Assembly (NCBI RefSeq): GCF_009914755.1
Contig: NC_060937.1
DNA: 64,000 bases
Source: the human T2T-CHM13v2.0 reference genome, Homo sapiens
Reading direction: 5' to 3' (one strand)
A program made the position numbers and the translations under genes. Shown here in pieces: positions 30,069-43,620 of this stretch; the first letter of the stretch is position 1; every line of letters begins with the position of its first letter. The notes beneath the pieces are model-generated. The model did no database searches. It saw only the letters and a list, made by a program, of their open reading frames with translations, and was not told where the DNA came from.

Positions 30069-33000
30069 GAATAAAGGCTTTTTATACATGATCACACACA
30101 AATTAATTCAAACAGATCCTTTCAGAGCAAACTCTTGGAAGATTTATTTTCCAAGACAGGCATGAAACAGAATACACAACACCCCAAAATGGAACCTGTA
30201 ATACAGGAGTTAGAAAATAGGAATCCTCAGACTGATAGAGAAGGTAATATGTCTTTAGGATAGCTATGTACTAAGATTAAAGAGGTCCAAAACTTTGTAA
30301 TCAAAACCAGAGCATGGCTCACAAGATGTTTCTAGTTCCTCCAACAATGGGCTATGATGAAGAGTTCTAAGATGGGGATTTGAAGTGGTCCAGATTTCTG
30401 TGAACATCTAAAATGACAAAGAAAAACTAAGAAATAAAAGTGAGCAATTTTATTTTGAAGGAAAATGAGCTTGACAAAGACAATAAATCTGCATTCACCT
30501 TCCCCACAATAAAATCCTTTTAAGAGTGGTAGGAGGAACTTGAATATGAATTCACATGATCAATTTACATACTTACTGCATTAAAAGAAATTAAACTTTG
30601 TGACAGCACTTTTGTATAACTAGAATAAAGACAGTAAGAAGAGAAGCAGGCACTCCAAATCAAACACTATATAATTCAACAGAATTATCTGGGCTTTGGC
30701 CAAGTAGAACATGAACACAGTATGTTGATCATTTTGTTAGCTTGATTTTGAAAATGTTTCTTTCATCACACTAAGGACCAGCCTGCCTACTAACTTCACA
30801 AACATCAGCAGGTACTAACGGTGCTAATGTTTGGCTATTTTTTTTTAATATGCAACCTACAGAGGTTTGCTGTTTTTGTTATTTTCAAGAATGCGTTCTA
30901 AAAATATATATTTATCCTATATCCAAAAGTGAAGTAAAGGTGATGGTGAGATGAGATTTGTAAAGAACAAAAGGAGCAAACATCCTGATGTGCATTAAAA
31001 CCAGTGATTCAGAGTCATTATTTTGTTTGATATTTGCTATAAGAATACAGTAGCTAATACTAAATTCAACTGATTGTGACAGATCCCTTTAGATTAGTTG
31101 CATACAGGTTATTTTGAGAGTCATCTCCCTTAAATTTTTTCCTTTAACAACTTTCTTTTTGCCCTTATTTTAACAAGATGGATGGCATATTATGATCTCT
31201 TTCCAGTTCCTAAGCTCCAGCAGGAAGCTTGCTTGCAGCTGGAATTAGTAATGTGCTGATGCATCCCAGGACTTTCTTCAGTTACATGTGGCACTTCAAA
31301 GGATGTTCAAAAAGACCAATAGAAAGGATCCTGGGACAGCATCAGAATGGCAAAGAGATCAACAAGTGAGGTGCTGTCTTTGAAGAAACACATGTAGCAG
31401 TAGACGTCAGAGCTTTGGTACATGTGGTATATTTTACTTGAAAAGTCAACTTAATGTACAAAGAGGAATCTGGGAAGAATTAGAGTCCCAAAGAGCCTGC
31501 TTCATTTAGATGGAAAATAATTTTCTTTGTTATTTAAGTGTATACAGCAGAACCCATTATGATATTTACATTTAGGAAGTATAGCACAAAAAAAGAAAGA
31601 CAAAAAGAGAATAAAGAGAAAGTGATTCTGGAAAAATGGCTGAGAGCATATACTCTTCACTTTTAAATAAATAGGCTCTTTTCATTCCAAAATACAGAAG
31701 TGCCAATAATACCAAAAATAGCTTTATTATTTACTTGAAAATAAAGCATTGTATCATAGTCTGTATTCTCTATAATGTCTATCTTATCTTCTGGTAATTA
31801 TTTAATGGGGAAAAGGTGGATTAATCTTCCTGGGCCACTAACCAGAATTTCACCCACTATAACTAAATTTTTACACGTCTGCACCTCGTTCCTGACTTAG
31901 TAATCATACCATGTCGGTAGAAGACCATAACACCAAATCTGCTCAAAAAGAGATGTGTTCAAACCAGTTACCTGGCTTTGGACAATTAAGCAAGTCATTG
32001 CTTTTTATCAGTAGATTTGTTTAGATCAAATAGTGTAAACAGTGCCTTTGGAGAAATATTAGCTCAATCTGCGTGAGAGTTCATAAACTGAAAAGTTGTA
32101 GTGAAGCATGGACTATGGTACAAAGGATGAACTATGGACTGAAAACTATGTTTTCAGTTTTTTAAAAGATGAAGTACATGACATAGACATATTGATAAAG
32201 ACAGCACATTAATTTACATTTATTAATAAAACATATATTTATTTTCCCACTATCTACCTTAAAATATAATACATCCTTGTAATCACTCAAGCTGTGCCTG
32301 AGTTACTCATCTGTATCTCATCTTCCCTTCCCTCTAAGAAGTAACTATTACTCTCAATTGGTGTTCTTGTGTAACTTTGGTATGCTTTGTAGGCTTGTTA
32401 TAAATGCATTTATCCCTAAGCAATGCAATGCTACTTTTAAGTTTGCTACAAATATCATATGTCTTCTGATGACTCCATTTCTTCTATTCTGATTCGAAAC
32501 ACTTCCTCAGAAAAAGTCTCACATGTTGTTATATACACACGTGTGTATGTGCATGCATGTGTGTGTGTATTCCTTTTTCAGATCTTAATCTTGTGGCACA
32601 TTGTTTCTTTCTAAGTTATGAATAGCCTTCCTATTTTCTAGCCTATAATATTTCAACATCTCTAGAATTAAGCCAATTACTACTACTCCAAACACTCACA
32701 TATTTGGAGTCACATTGTTTTGAGAGCATACTTTGTATGACAAGTGAGAACATTGAGGTAGAGTTGTAATAAATGGTTTGTAAAAACGACACAGACACAG
32801 AGTTCTAGTGTTTTGGATACATTGATTCAGCTCACTTTATGACCACCATCACTTCTGTATTATCATCAGCTTTATTTACTATTCTTTCCACTATGAGATT
32901 AAGATTTGGGAATATAAGACACAAAGACAAATGTCAAGACAATAATATTTCTCTATGAAATTAAAACCTATTCTATGCTTCTCCCCTGCTTTATATAATA

Positions 33001-33173
33001 TGTTCATGGGGAATCTGGAGTGAATTTGCATATAATATATAATACTTATTTGAGAAATTAATGCCCTCAGAAAAGGAGCCCTCTCATTTTAACCAAATTA
33101 AATCATCGATCTTACTGGAGTCTACATCTAAACTTCCTCTCTACAGATACAGTGGAAGAATTATCTTTACTTC

Positions 33174-34221
33174 TGACACAAGATTTTTTGGTGCCCCTTC
33201 GCCAGCCAGAGACTTCAGTGGCTGGCAATGACCCTGCCTGGGCCTCAGTCAGCCCTGGGCTTGCCACAGGAAGCACCATGCCCAGTTGGCCCAAAGCACT
33301 GCACCTGGCTTACACTTCTGCCCAGATCCCATGCTTACCACAGAATCTGCACTCAGCCAGCAGCTGGGCCAGGCATGCCCCGACCTGCCTCCGCCCTGTG
33401 CACCAGCATCTAGATGAGGGAATCACATGGTGGCTGAACAGGTATGCCAGCACTCCAAAGCTCCAAAGGAGATGTTACAGCATGTTAATAGCCCTTTCAG
33501 TCCCACCATTTGCAGCCTGGCTAATGGGAGTGTGCTAATAGCTCTTTCAGTCCTGTGGCCCCCACTCCAGCCTGCAGCTCTGGGGCTGGCCCAGCCTCAC
33601 TGCAGCTTCCCATTGCATGGGGTGGCTGCCAAGCACCAATGGAGGACAGAGGACTACAGTGTTACTGCCTTTTTCATACCTACATTCTATGGGTCCTGAG
33701 TTCTTGTCTGTCATCCAAGAAGAATGAGGTTATGCTGATAGCTGAAGGGTGAACAGGGGAGAGAGTTTTACTGAGCAACAACTCTCAGCAGAGAGGGGAT
33801 ATGGAGAGGGCAATCTCCTACTCCACCTTAAGTCAGGAAGCTGCCCCTGTTGCCTGAAGGCAGGCAATCCCAAAGTGTGGCTGAGTCCAGGGCTTTTATA
33901 GGCTCAGAATGGGAGAGTGCATGCTGATTGATAGGTTTGTGAGTATGCAAAAAAGGCTAAAACAAAGGCACCACTCAGAGGTGGGCATGACAGTGTAAAA
34001 AAAAACAAAGAAGGGTATGTGCAGGTAAAATTGGTGAAAGGTGGGGATCAATCAGAGGAAAGTGCACCAAATGGGAAGAGAGGTTGTCAATCTGGTCTGT
34101 GGATTTATCTGAGATTTGTAGCTTGGCGTTCAGGCTTTAAACTGTCTTTGGGTTGTAGGTGGAGTTTCACAGGGGGCCCATCCCTATCTGCCTAGGGTTT
34201 GTCTGCCTTCTGCTGCTATCA
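33174..34221 (-). mobile_element. MER52-family ERV1 solo LTR
   Basis: Reverse-strand start 'tgatagcagcagaaggcagacaaaccctaggcagatagg'; TG..CA ends; 4-bp TSD-like cttc/gttc. Confidence 0.75.
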
Positions 34222-35536
34222 GTTCTAAGATCAGTCCCCCACTATAGGCAAAAGTATTTTTTGCTCACATAACATCTTAATTTAGAAAATCCCACTTAGA
34301 TATTTTAAGTTGATATCTTAAGTGTTTCACTATGGGTTTAAATAGTTGAGAAAGTGATATTTATGAGATATTAACAATATTGATATATTTTTTAAAACTA
34401 AATATCTTTTAAAAATGTACAGTGAAATTTCAGTGATATAATTTTATACTAATTATTATGTATTTGAAAACTGTATGAGGCATTTTCTTTAACATTCCTA
34501 TATTTTGCACCATTTTTCTCATAAAACTTGTATATATACATTTCACTTTCACTTTCTCAATGGAATTCTATACTTTTTCAACAAATTAATTTGTATATGT
34601 GTATTTACAAGGAATATGGTATGTGAATATAAAATATTTTCCCATGTAACATATAAGTTGAATGAATATAAGTTGAAAATTTGTGAATTGATTTGTCTTT
34701 TTTACCTCAAGATTGAGGTAAAAAGATGTATTGATTTATTCTTATTAACTCACAATTTATCAAAACAGCATAGCTAAATTGCAATTTAGTAAACAGTTGT
34801 TAAACATAATATTTTATTGGAAATTCACATTGTAAAAAGATGAATGTGGTTATTATTTTCCAAGTGGTTCATGTTTCATGCATCCTTGAAATAATGTGAC
34901 ACTGCCATTGATAAAACTGTTACAATTTATGATCTGTTTTTCAATATCTATAAATGTTAACAAACTCTATACATGTCACAAACATATTTCTATACACATA
35001 TACATAATTAAACAAGGGGCTATGTATTATATGAATGTTAGTCAATAATTTAAATACACTTTTTAGTTATACAATAAAATTCACATGGTGATCTATCATC
35101 AAATGTTATTTCTCATGTTCTATCAGCTTATGACATAATTAGGTCCTTAATTTTTTTGAATGCAAATAATTGGACACCATTTCACCTCAAAGACTTTTTT
35201 TTTTTTTAATGATTAGAATTATCCTCTTTTAGGAATTCTGGAAAATTTCCCAAACTGATTTACTGAGACTTTCAAAATGTTTTTTACATAGCTCTGTCAC
35301 TCAAAGGTGCATGTTGAAACCAATCAACAATAAATTTTAGTTCAACCGAAATATTTTGTACTACATTATATACTATTAAAATCTTTTTATTAAATATTAT
35401 TGTATTTTGTGTGCTATAAATATACTTTTATCAAACCTGGAATTTTCTATTTAACCCATTCAACATATGGGCCATAGCTACCAAACCTCAAACACTTCAT
35501 CTAAAACAAAGCTGCTTTCTAACACAAAATGACTAA

Positions 35537-35850
35537 ATTGATTGATTGATTGATTGATTGATTGGTATATGGTCTTGCTGTTTTGCCCAGGCAAGAGTGT
35601 AGTGGTACAATCACAGCTCACTTCAGCCTCAACCTCCTGGACTCAAGTGATACCCCCGTCTCAGCCTCTTGAGTAGCTGGGACAACAGGCACGCACACAC
35701 CACCATGATCAGCTAATTTTTTTTTCTTTTGTAGAGATGGGGTTCTACCATGTTTCTTAGGTTGGTCTGGAATTCCTGGGCTCAAATTATCCATCTGTCA
35801 TGCCGTCCCAAAGTGCTGGGATTACAGGAGTCAGCCATCATGCCCAGCCC
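35537..35850 (-). mobile_element. AluJ with (GATT)n tail
   Basis: J diagnostics 'cagcctcaacctcctggactcaagtga'. Confidence 0.88.
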
Positions 35851-35881
35851 AATTAATTTATTTTAATATACTTGTTATATT

Positions 35882-36106
35882 GTGGAGAGGGCAACCCCTA
35901 CTTTACCCAAAGTCGGGTAGCTGCCCCCGTTGCCCAAAGGCAGGCAATCCCAAAGTGCGACTGAGTCCAGGGCTTTTATAGGCTCGGAATGGGAAAGTGT
36001 ATGCTGATTGATTGGTTTGTGAGTATGCAAAAAAGGCTAAAACAAAGGCACCACTGAAAGGTGGGCATGACAGTGAAAAAAAAAAAACAATTAAGGAAGG
36101 GTAGGC
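35882..36106 (-). mobile_element. Isolated internal fragment of MER52 LTR, similar to 33802-34018
   Basis: Direct colinear match to the nearby LTR segment, no LTR termini. Confidence 0.8.
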
Positions 36107-37177
36107 CCATTTTAAAAGGAGCTTATTAAAAACAAGAAATGAATTCTAGAGCAAAAATTATATGATGAATAATTAAAATCTAGCAATATTGAAACCACTT
36201 AGATATAATATAAATAATAATTCTAGTAATGTTTTACATAAACCTGAGAAATATTGTTTGACATTATTAAAACAAATAATTTTGCATGATGTGTGCCTAA
36301 AATGAGAAAAGAAAGATAGGATTAAAGTCATTGATTGTTTTTCTATATGTATATATTTGTGCACACATCATTACTTGAGCATATATTTAATTTGTTTCTA
36401 ATTTTGGAAGTAATTGAATAGTAGGCAAAAAATCATATTTTTCTATAGATAAAATTAGACTTATAATAAACTTTTCCTGTAGATGTATTGAATGAGAAAG
36501 ATATATTTAGTTAGGAAACAAATCAATATACTGTTAATCTATAAATGCTTGTGATATTTGTTTCTTAATGAGGTAGAATTTAATAAATATTTTTCCAAGA
36601 AAAATAAATTCACTGAAAATAAAATAGACATTTTATTGTTTTGTATAGTATAAAATGCTTTAAATCCCTTAGTGAAAAATATTCAGTGACATCTAAACTT
36701 ACTACAGTCTTCCCCTCACACACCATACATTGGTAATTGTCCCATGTAGCTTGAAATTTTGGTAGTCTTGAAAACCTTTAGTTATTTCTAAAAAATCAGC
36801 ATAACTTTTAGATCTTTGGGAGAGTTTTTCTTTCAAGTTAATAACACATTCTAGGGCTGAAAATTGAGAATACATAAAAAGAGTAGGTTTTGCTCGAGCA
36901 CAGGAATAAAACCATTTTTAACATTCATTGTCCCTTACAGATATTTTTTGTTGCACTAGTCAAACTCTCAAGGAAATATTTCTCAAACATGATTCATATC
37001 ACACTATCTGACATTTTTCTTCTTAAATTGAAATAGTTGTAAAGGAATCAATAGTAGGAGAATATAAAATATATTTAAGGAAAGTGTTTTCCATTTTATT
37101 CCTACCTATATCTTAACTCACAACACCTCAACATGGATGAATACGCCACTTTTCTAAATGCCAGGCTTCACTTTACT

Positions 37178-37235
37178 AGAGATAGATCAGATAGATGATA
37201 GATAGAAAGGTAGATAGATTGGTAGATAGATAGAT

Positions 37236-37279
<44 letters not shown>

Positions 37280-37306
37280 CAGACAGAGAAAGAGAGAGAG
37301 AGAGAA
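37178..37306. repeat. Compound GATA tetranucleotide STR, core (TAGA)11(CAGA)2 followed by (GA)n
   Basis: Uninterrupted TAGA run 37236-37279. Confidence 0.95.
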
Positions 37307-38170
37307 ATGTAGATGGAACATGAAGAATGAGAAACTTTAGACTGAAATATTGAATTATCGTTAGATAGCCTTGCTATTTGTTACTCCAGAAGTAATCCAC
37401 CACAGGATAATGCACTACATTAAGATTTTGAATGATGCCATTCTTTTGGGAACAAAAAAGTGTATCCTGAGTATAGATAAATTTTTCAGCGACATCGCTT
37501 TAGAAAAGTTCACATGAAAATTGAGTTGCTGAAAATTGATTCCTTTAAAACTGTCGATGCTAAAATTCTCCTTGGCAATCTTTTAACCACCCAGAGGAAA
37601 ATGAGTTCCCTAATGTACAAAAGCATACTGAAACCCATCTTTTTGCCACTGTAAGAATTTTCACTTTATCAGATCTCTATGTGTCTTCTGCATCATCCAT
37701 CCCTTTTCTCTTCTGGCTCATATTAATCAGCATAAATAGATCTTCTAATATAGGAATATAACACGTCTTCCTCAACTTCCAAAACAGAAAAACTGATAAG
37801 ATCTAAAAAGGAAAAAAAAAAAGCTTTCAAACCAGATCTGAATTAATGCAAAGTCACTTACATTCTTTATCTTACTTAGAATGAATATCTTTACATTTTG
37901 TTGCTGAAATATTAATACATTTTATTAGAGTGTTACTTTAGACTCATTAAAGGTGTTTCATGATACACAGCTTATAAAGCGTATTATTAACTTGACACCT
38001 GACCAATTCAAGTTTCTGAATTATATCTGTCCCAAAGATTTCAGAAAAGTGTTGTGAAACTGCATTCCATAAAAACTAAGCATACAAACTAAAATACATC
38101 TTTTGAGTCCTTATAACACTCTGAATTGAATTATGTTCTCTGTTATTCAAATATTATCTTTTATTTTTTT

Positions 38171-38250
38171 CCTGCATCCTTCTCTACTTCTACATCCTTC
38201 TCTACTTCTCTACTTCTACATCCTTTCCTGCATCCTTTCTCTACTTCTTA
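38171..38250. repeat. Pyrimidine-rich shuffled tandem repeat (catccttctctacttct units)
   Basis: Directly visible. Confidence 0.8.
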
Positions 38251-38329
38251 ATTTTATTTAACTATGCAAGTGTCCAAATTTTGGGTTCTTTTCCCTCAGG
38301 TCTTTTTGGGCACAAGTTGTTGTTTGTTT

Positions 38330-38460
38330 TACATATGTGTGTATATTACACACATTACATATATACACACACAGATGTGTGTACGTACATCTGTGTGTGT
38401 ATATTACACACATAAATATATGTATGCATATGTATGTATGTACATATGTGTGTATATGCC
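38330..38460. repeat. (TA/TG/CA)n low-complexity tract
   Basis: Directly visible. Confidence 0.8.
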
Positions 38461-38669
38461 ACAATTTTTCTAATTATTCTTGCCATAATTATTCTAATAC
38501 ATTTTTACATTTTGAATGCAATCAACATGCTCAAAGGTCTCGCCTGACAGTTCAAACTTCTGCTTCGGACTTCCAATATAGTTTTCAAATTTAACAATTC
38601 CAAACTGACCCTTTGCATGGCTCTGTTATTCTCTTCACACATTTCATGGTTGGATGTTTGGTTGACCCC

Positions 38670-39325
38670 ATTTTTCAACTTGTGTCTCATTTTCTCAGAA
38701 AGGCATTCCCAGACCACCCTAAAAACCCTCTGTCATATTCAAATAGAGCATTCTAAAAACAATCCATTATAGCATTATACTATTTGCATTTATGTTATTT
38801 ATTTTGATCATGCCTTTATTCCCATGAGTTCAGGAAACATGTCTGTTCTGTTTAATATTACATCTCCTTGATACATTACTAGAAGATAAGGAGGTGTTCT
38901 ATAAATGTTTCTTAAAGGCTGGGCACAGTGGCTCACACTTGTAATCAATCACAGCACTTTGTGAGGCCGAGGTAGGAGGATCACTTGCTCCCAGGGGTTT
39001 GAGACCAGTCTGGGCAAAATGGCAAGACTCTATCTCCACCAAAAAAAAAAAAAAAAAAGAAGAAGAAGAAGAAAGAAATATATAAAAGAAAAGAAAATTA
39101 GCCAGGCATGGTGGCAGCAGGTGCCTGTAGTCCCAGCTACTCAGGAGGCTGAAGTCAGAGGATAACTTGAGCCCAGAAGGTCAAAGCTGCAGTGATCCAT
39201 GATCATGCCACTGCACTCCAACCTGGGCAAGAGAGTAAGATTCTGTCTCAAAAAATAAATGAATCTAAAAATAAATAAATGTTGGTTAAATGCTAAATAG
39301 TTGTTGAAGAAATGGAAGAAATGTA
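38670..39325 (+). mobile_element. L2 3' region interrupted by AluJ
   Basis: 'ctcagaaaggcattcccagaccaccctaaa', 'ccatgagttcaggaaacatgtctgttctgtt', 'ataaatgtt' terminus. Confidence 0.55.
38917..39272 (+). mobile_element. AluJ with expanded middle A-rich linker
   Basis: J diagnostics; TSD-like ataaatgtt(tc/gg)ttaaa on both sides. Confidence 0.9.
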
Positions 39326-40550
39326 TCAATATAAACAGGACTATCTGGTACCTTTATACTTAAGGAAATATTTCAAAAATAATCATTTTTATAAAACTTA
39401 GGATCTTTTACCCTTAAAAAATTCACTTTGCTCATTTTTTTGAATACATTGAATATTCGTAAGACTTTAAAAAATTGTGGGCCTCTAAAAATAATTTTTC
39501 TTAGGTGATAACCTCACTAATGCTCTAAAATTTAAGTAAATGTAGAAGACTAATTTTATATTTTGTTATGTAAAATTGACCTTTTATGGCTAATTTCTTC
39601 ACTTGCTACTTTAAAATCACATAATTAATTTTATTTAATTATAGCAGTTAAATTTAATAGCTAATTATAACATCATATCTTTTCACATTTTTCTACTTAA
39701 TTGGAAGTAACAACCTTCTTAAGCCTTTGGAGTGGAAACACACACACATTCAAGCAGAAATACACACTTGACTGATGTACTTCTGAAAGCTATTTCTAAC
39801 AATAAAATAGCACTAAATCTGATAATTTTTTACTTCTGCATGTCATGTCATAGATGTTGAAGATGACTCAGGAAATTGAAATTGCAATTTGACTGAAATG
39901 TCCAATTAGATGCAATTAAATCAGAGTGTTTACATCAAAAGACATGAAAAGAGTAGATTCTTTCCTACCTACTCTGCATTCCAGAGAGGATAAGGATATA
40001 TCAAAACCACTGGTGTATTACAGAGATCTATACATTCTGTATCTTCTCCACAAATTCTTCCTAACATTGTTTTCCATGGAAGACTTTGGCTAAAGAACTC
40101 CCCAAAGATGGAATAGCCTTTAAAAAAAGGCAGAGGGTCTGTAAAAATTATTTTTAAAACAGGAAAAATACAAAAATACTAATGAATAATTATTCAGAAG
40201 CAATAAGTAATAGACATTTGGAAATTGGAGTTAATAGGTATTTCTGCAAACTCTACATTAAGAGAAATATATTGTTCATGAGTTTTTCTTTTTCATACAT
40301 TTAGAGTAGTATTTTCTTGTTACATCTTTAATATTAGTATTTTCTGTGCAAACAAATGCTCTTTGAAATGATGGATTTATTTCCTTATGCACTGTACATA
40401 GAAATATGCAGAATTTTTATATAGAATATATATTTTAGAAAAATAAAAGTACAGAATGAATATTAAAGTTAATTAGGAAATAAGCTATTTTTTAAAAAGT
40501 TTTACTTCTTAATAGGAAAGTAGCTATATTCTAGATTTATTTATATAGTA

Positions 40551-40630
40551 TTAAGTTGATGCAAAAGTAATTGCAGTTTTTGCCATTACTGTCAATGGCA
40601 AAAACTGAAATTACTTTTACATAAACATAA
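40551..40630. mobile_element. MADE1 (80-bp Hsmar1 MITE)
   Basis: 80-bp imperfect palindrome 'ttaagttgatgcaaaagtaattgcagtttttgccatt...aatggcaaaaactgaaattactttt', preceded by TA. Confidence 0.88.
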
Positions 40631-41250
40631 AACTTGTCAGCATAGGCTCTATGAACAGTATTATCAGATTAAATGAAATTCTTCATGTATAAGCACAGTG
40701 TATGTGTGCGATTTGTTTTTCATTTCTAGCCCAAAGGTTTTTAAATTTTTTTTTTGTAAATAAAAATACCCTGGTTAGATTCATGCTGCAAACCATCCAC
40801 TGACAAACTACACTTCCCTGGGGCCATAGTCTGAAATATTTAAACTCAATACTTGTATATAAACCAACCACGCTGCCTAGGCCTGTATTCAATAAGTGGT
40901 CCATTTTGCTGGTTATATTGCTTGCAATATGCTTTCTTAAATTGGCCATTCCTCTATAGAGCTCCTCAAACATGTTCCAGGAATGCACCCTCAGCAGTAA
41001 GGAGGGGGAATGGAAAGCTAGCACAGCACAATATGGTCTACCTCACCTGCTTAGAGTGCAAAGTCAAAACATACTTAGATCTTCATAATTCATTCTTAAC
41101 ATTTATGCACATGTACTCTCTATGTCCTACTTTGTTTTAATGTTCAGTGTTTCTCCCAAAAATCTTTGAGTAAACTTGATGTTCTGAACAGTTATGTCAC
41201 AGTAAGTTTAATACAATCCCAGTTATTACTATCAGCAACATTTAAAAATG

Positions 41251-41413
41251 GTTGTGGGGTGGGGGGAGGGGGGAGGGATAGCATTAGGAGATATACCTAA
41301 TGTTAAATGACCAGTTAATGGGTGCAGGACACCAACATGGCGCATGTATACATATGTAACTAACCTGCAAGTTGTGCACATGTACCCTAAAACTTAAAGT
41401 ATAATAAAAAAAA
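41251..41413 (+). mobile_element. Severely 5'-truncated L1PA (PA4-like) 3' UTR
   Basis: G-rich tract through 'ccctaaaacttaaagtataataaaa'; possible short TSD aaaaat. Confidence 0.88.
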
Positions 41414-42280
41414 TCCAGTAAAAGATACTTTAATGAAAATACGAACTACTGATAGATTTTTGTAATTGTTGTTTAAAATAGATGATTGCTTGCCCTAGAT
41501 ATTAAAGTAAAAAATACCCCAATATTAGTATTAGCAATTCCTTGAATCTCTTTGCAAAAATAAATAAATAAATAAAGCACTATTTTTAACTGCTAGCTTA
41601 GAGCAGGGAGCTACTTCTATGTGATAATTAATTCTGACATTAAATTATTTAGTATAAGTTAGAAAAATTTTGAGACAGCTTAAAATAGTATGTATAGTTG
41701 ATGTGTCCAGAACTTCTATTCATCAGCCTTAGTTTAATATACAACATTTATATGCACTCTACGTACCAAGCAGTGTTGTTTATGTGAACATAGAGAAGAG
41801 AAGAGCACGAGGGAGAACTGGTCATAGAAAAGCGCTGAAATGGGTGGAGACCAACACTCTCTATGCAGCTATTACATGAACTTCTTTCAATAAATTGGAT
41901 CTTTTACACTGTCAAATTTGCTTGGCAAGGAAAACATTCTTCTTATCAAAAAATAGCACAAAATAAATCACTGGAAATTTACTCAATTAAAGAAAAAAAT
42001 CCGATATACCTTTTTGTCAATCTCCATTTTCATTCAGCCACAATTATTTAGGATGTAAATTGCTTCTCAATGTATTTTGTCATTGCAAAGACACACTTCT
42101 AAGCCTTCCAGCGGTAATATTAAAAATGCTGGTATTACGACCTGAAAATGTTCAGAATGATGCAAAATTAACACATTCCCAAATACCCTAGCATAAAGGA
42201 AAAGAAAGCCATCTGCAGAAAAGCAGAAAATGATGCAGGAATAGGGATGATGGCATTCATTGCACCCCAGTTTTTTCTTC

Positions 42281-42282
<2 letters not shown>

Positions 42283-42330
<48 letters not shown>
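42283..42330. repeat. (AC)24 microsatellite
   Basis: Directly visible. Confidence 0.97.
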
Positions 42331-42332
<2 letters not shown>

Positions 42333-42989
42333 CCTAGTAATGGTTCATGCTGACAGTAAGGACATAAATATAAATTTATTAAAAGATTAATAAATTTATG
42401 CTCTTACATACTAGTGTACCAGACACAAGTAGAAACAAAGGTAACACAGTGCAATTGAGGAGCTGGAGAATATTTTTTTCTACCAGAAATTGTTTTTAAA
42501 AATTTATTTTATTAAAAAATTATCCTACTCTTTTGATACAGTGTCTGCCTATACTTGAAAAACAGAATTGAGTCAAGATATGCTAAATGCCATGGCATAT
42601 AAACCATTGGCACACTTGATCTTAGCTGTAATAGCAGTCCAAACATTAATGGTGATGGATGTGGGTAGGTAGAAATTTCCATCATTTATCACTGGAGTCT
42701 CTTAGTGTGTGTAATGTTCAGGAAAAAAATATTTAAACTGATAGTTTGGGGATAGTGTAACTTTGAAAACAGATCAGGCATGTTTATGAGAGCGAAGAGG
42801 TCCTTAAAGGCAATGGAGAAGCCACATCATATTATTTGGAATTAATTATGTGTGTATACATATATACCCACAACATATATACACATATAATTAATTCCCA
42901 GTAACACTACTTATGGTGCTATATATATTATGGTATAATATATAATGATTATTTAGTTATATATAATACCTATATGGTACATTGCAATA

Positions 42990-43190
42990 ATTGTGCAATA
43001 GGTATGCTTATTGCTGTTAGGCCCTCTCAGATGACAGAGCTACAATATATATGTATATAACCCTTGTATATACATGCATGTATAAATATTTCTATATGTA
43101 CTTATCTGTATCTATATTAAGCTCAGAATGAGTTTAATTGCTTCCAATTCTAACCCTCTACCACACAGATCATTCAAAACTTCTCTCATT
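42990..43190 (-). mobile_element. L1MC/MD 3' UTR segment (inverted part)
   Basis: Reverse strand 'tagctctgtcatctgagagggcctaacagcaat' matches remembered L1MC/MD 3' UTR. Confidence 0.6.
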
Positions 43191-43213
43191 TCAAAGCTAT
43201 AGCTATAGCTTTG

Positions 43214-43620
43214 GAAAAAGGGATTCTTGGAGAAATGGCTTAATCTAGGATGGGGCAAGACTGTACAAGATGAGCATTTTATAGTGACATAAAGTAAGAC
43301 TTACTCAAGATAAAATGGATAAAGTTATATCAACAGGACACAGAAACCAACTGACAGAGCCCCCAGTGTCCAAAATTGGAACAATTCAAGCATGAAAATA
43401 AATAAAATTCAATAATACCTCAAGTCATATAAATAAATATCCATGAGTTAGTAGTAATATGAATACATATTTTAAATAAATAAATAAGGAAGAATGGACA
43501 ACTCTCTATTGCAGAAATCAGAAACATTCCAAATAATATATTCATATACTCTGCCCAAAATAAGTGAACAAATAACTCTACACTCTTAATTGTTGGTTGT
43601 TCATAGTGACTTTTTTACAG
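43214..43620 (+). mobile_element. L1MC/MD 3' UTR segment (forward part)
   Basis: 'cttggagaaatggct...ggggcaag...tgtacaagatgagc', 'ggacacagaaaccaactga'. Confidence 0.65.

Noticed and set aside
31255-31346. Imperfect inverted repeat tgatgcatcccagga / tcctgggacagcatca
   Set aside because: Short with a mismatch and gap; could be chance or an old MITE remnant.
33112-33752. Cluster of overlapping GC-rich ORFs
   Set aside because: They lie within or overlap the MER52 LTR; long ORFs are expected from its GC content.
38171-38250. CRISPR-like or functional repeat array
   Set aside because: Eukaryotic slippage-type repeat with no unique spacers.
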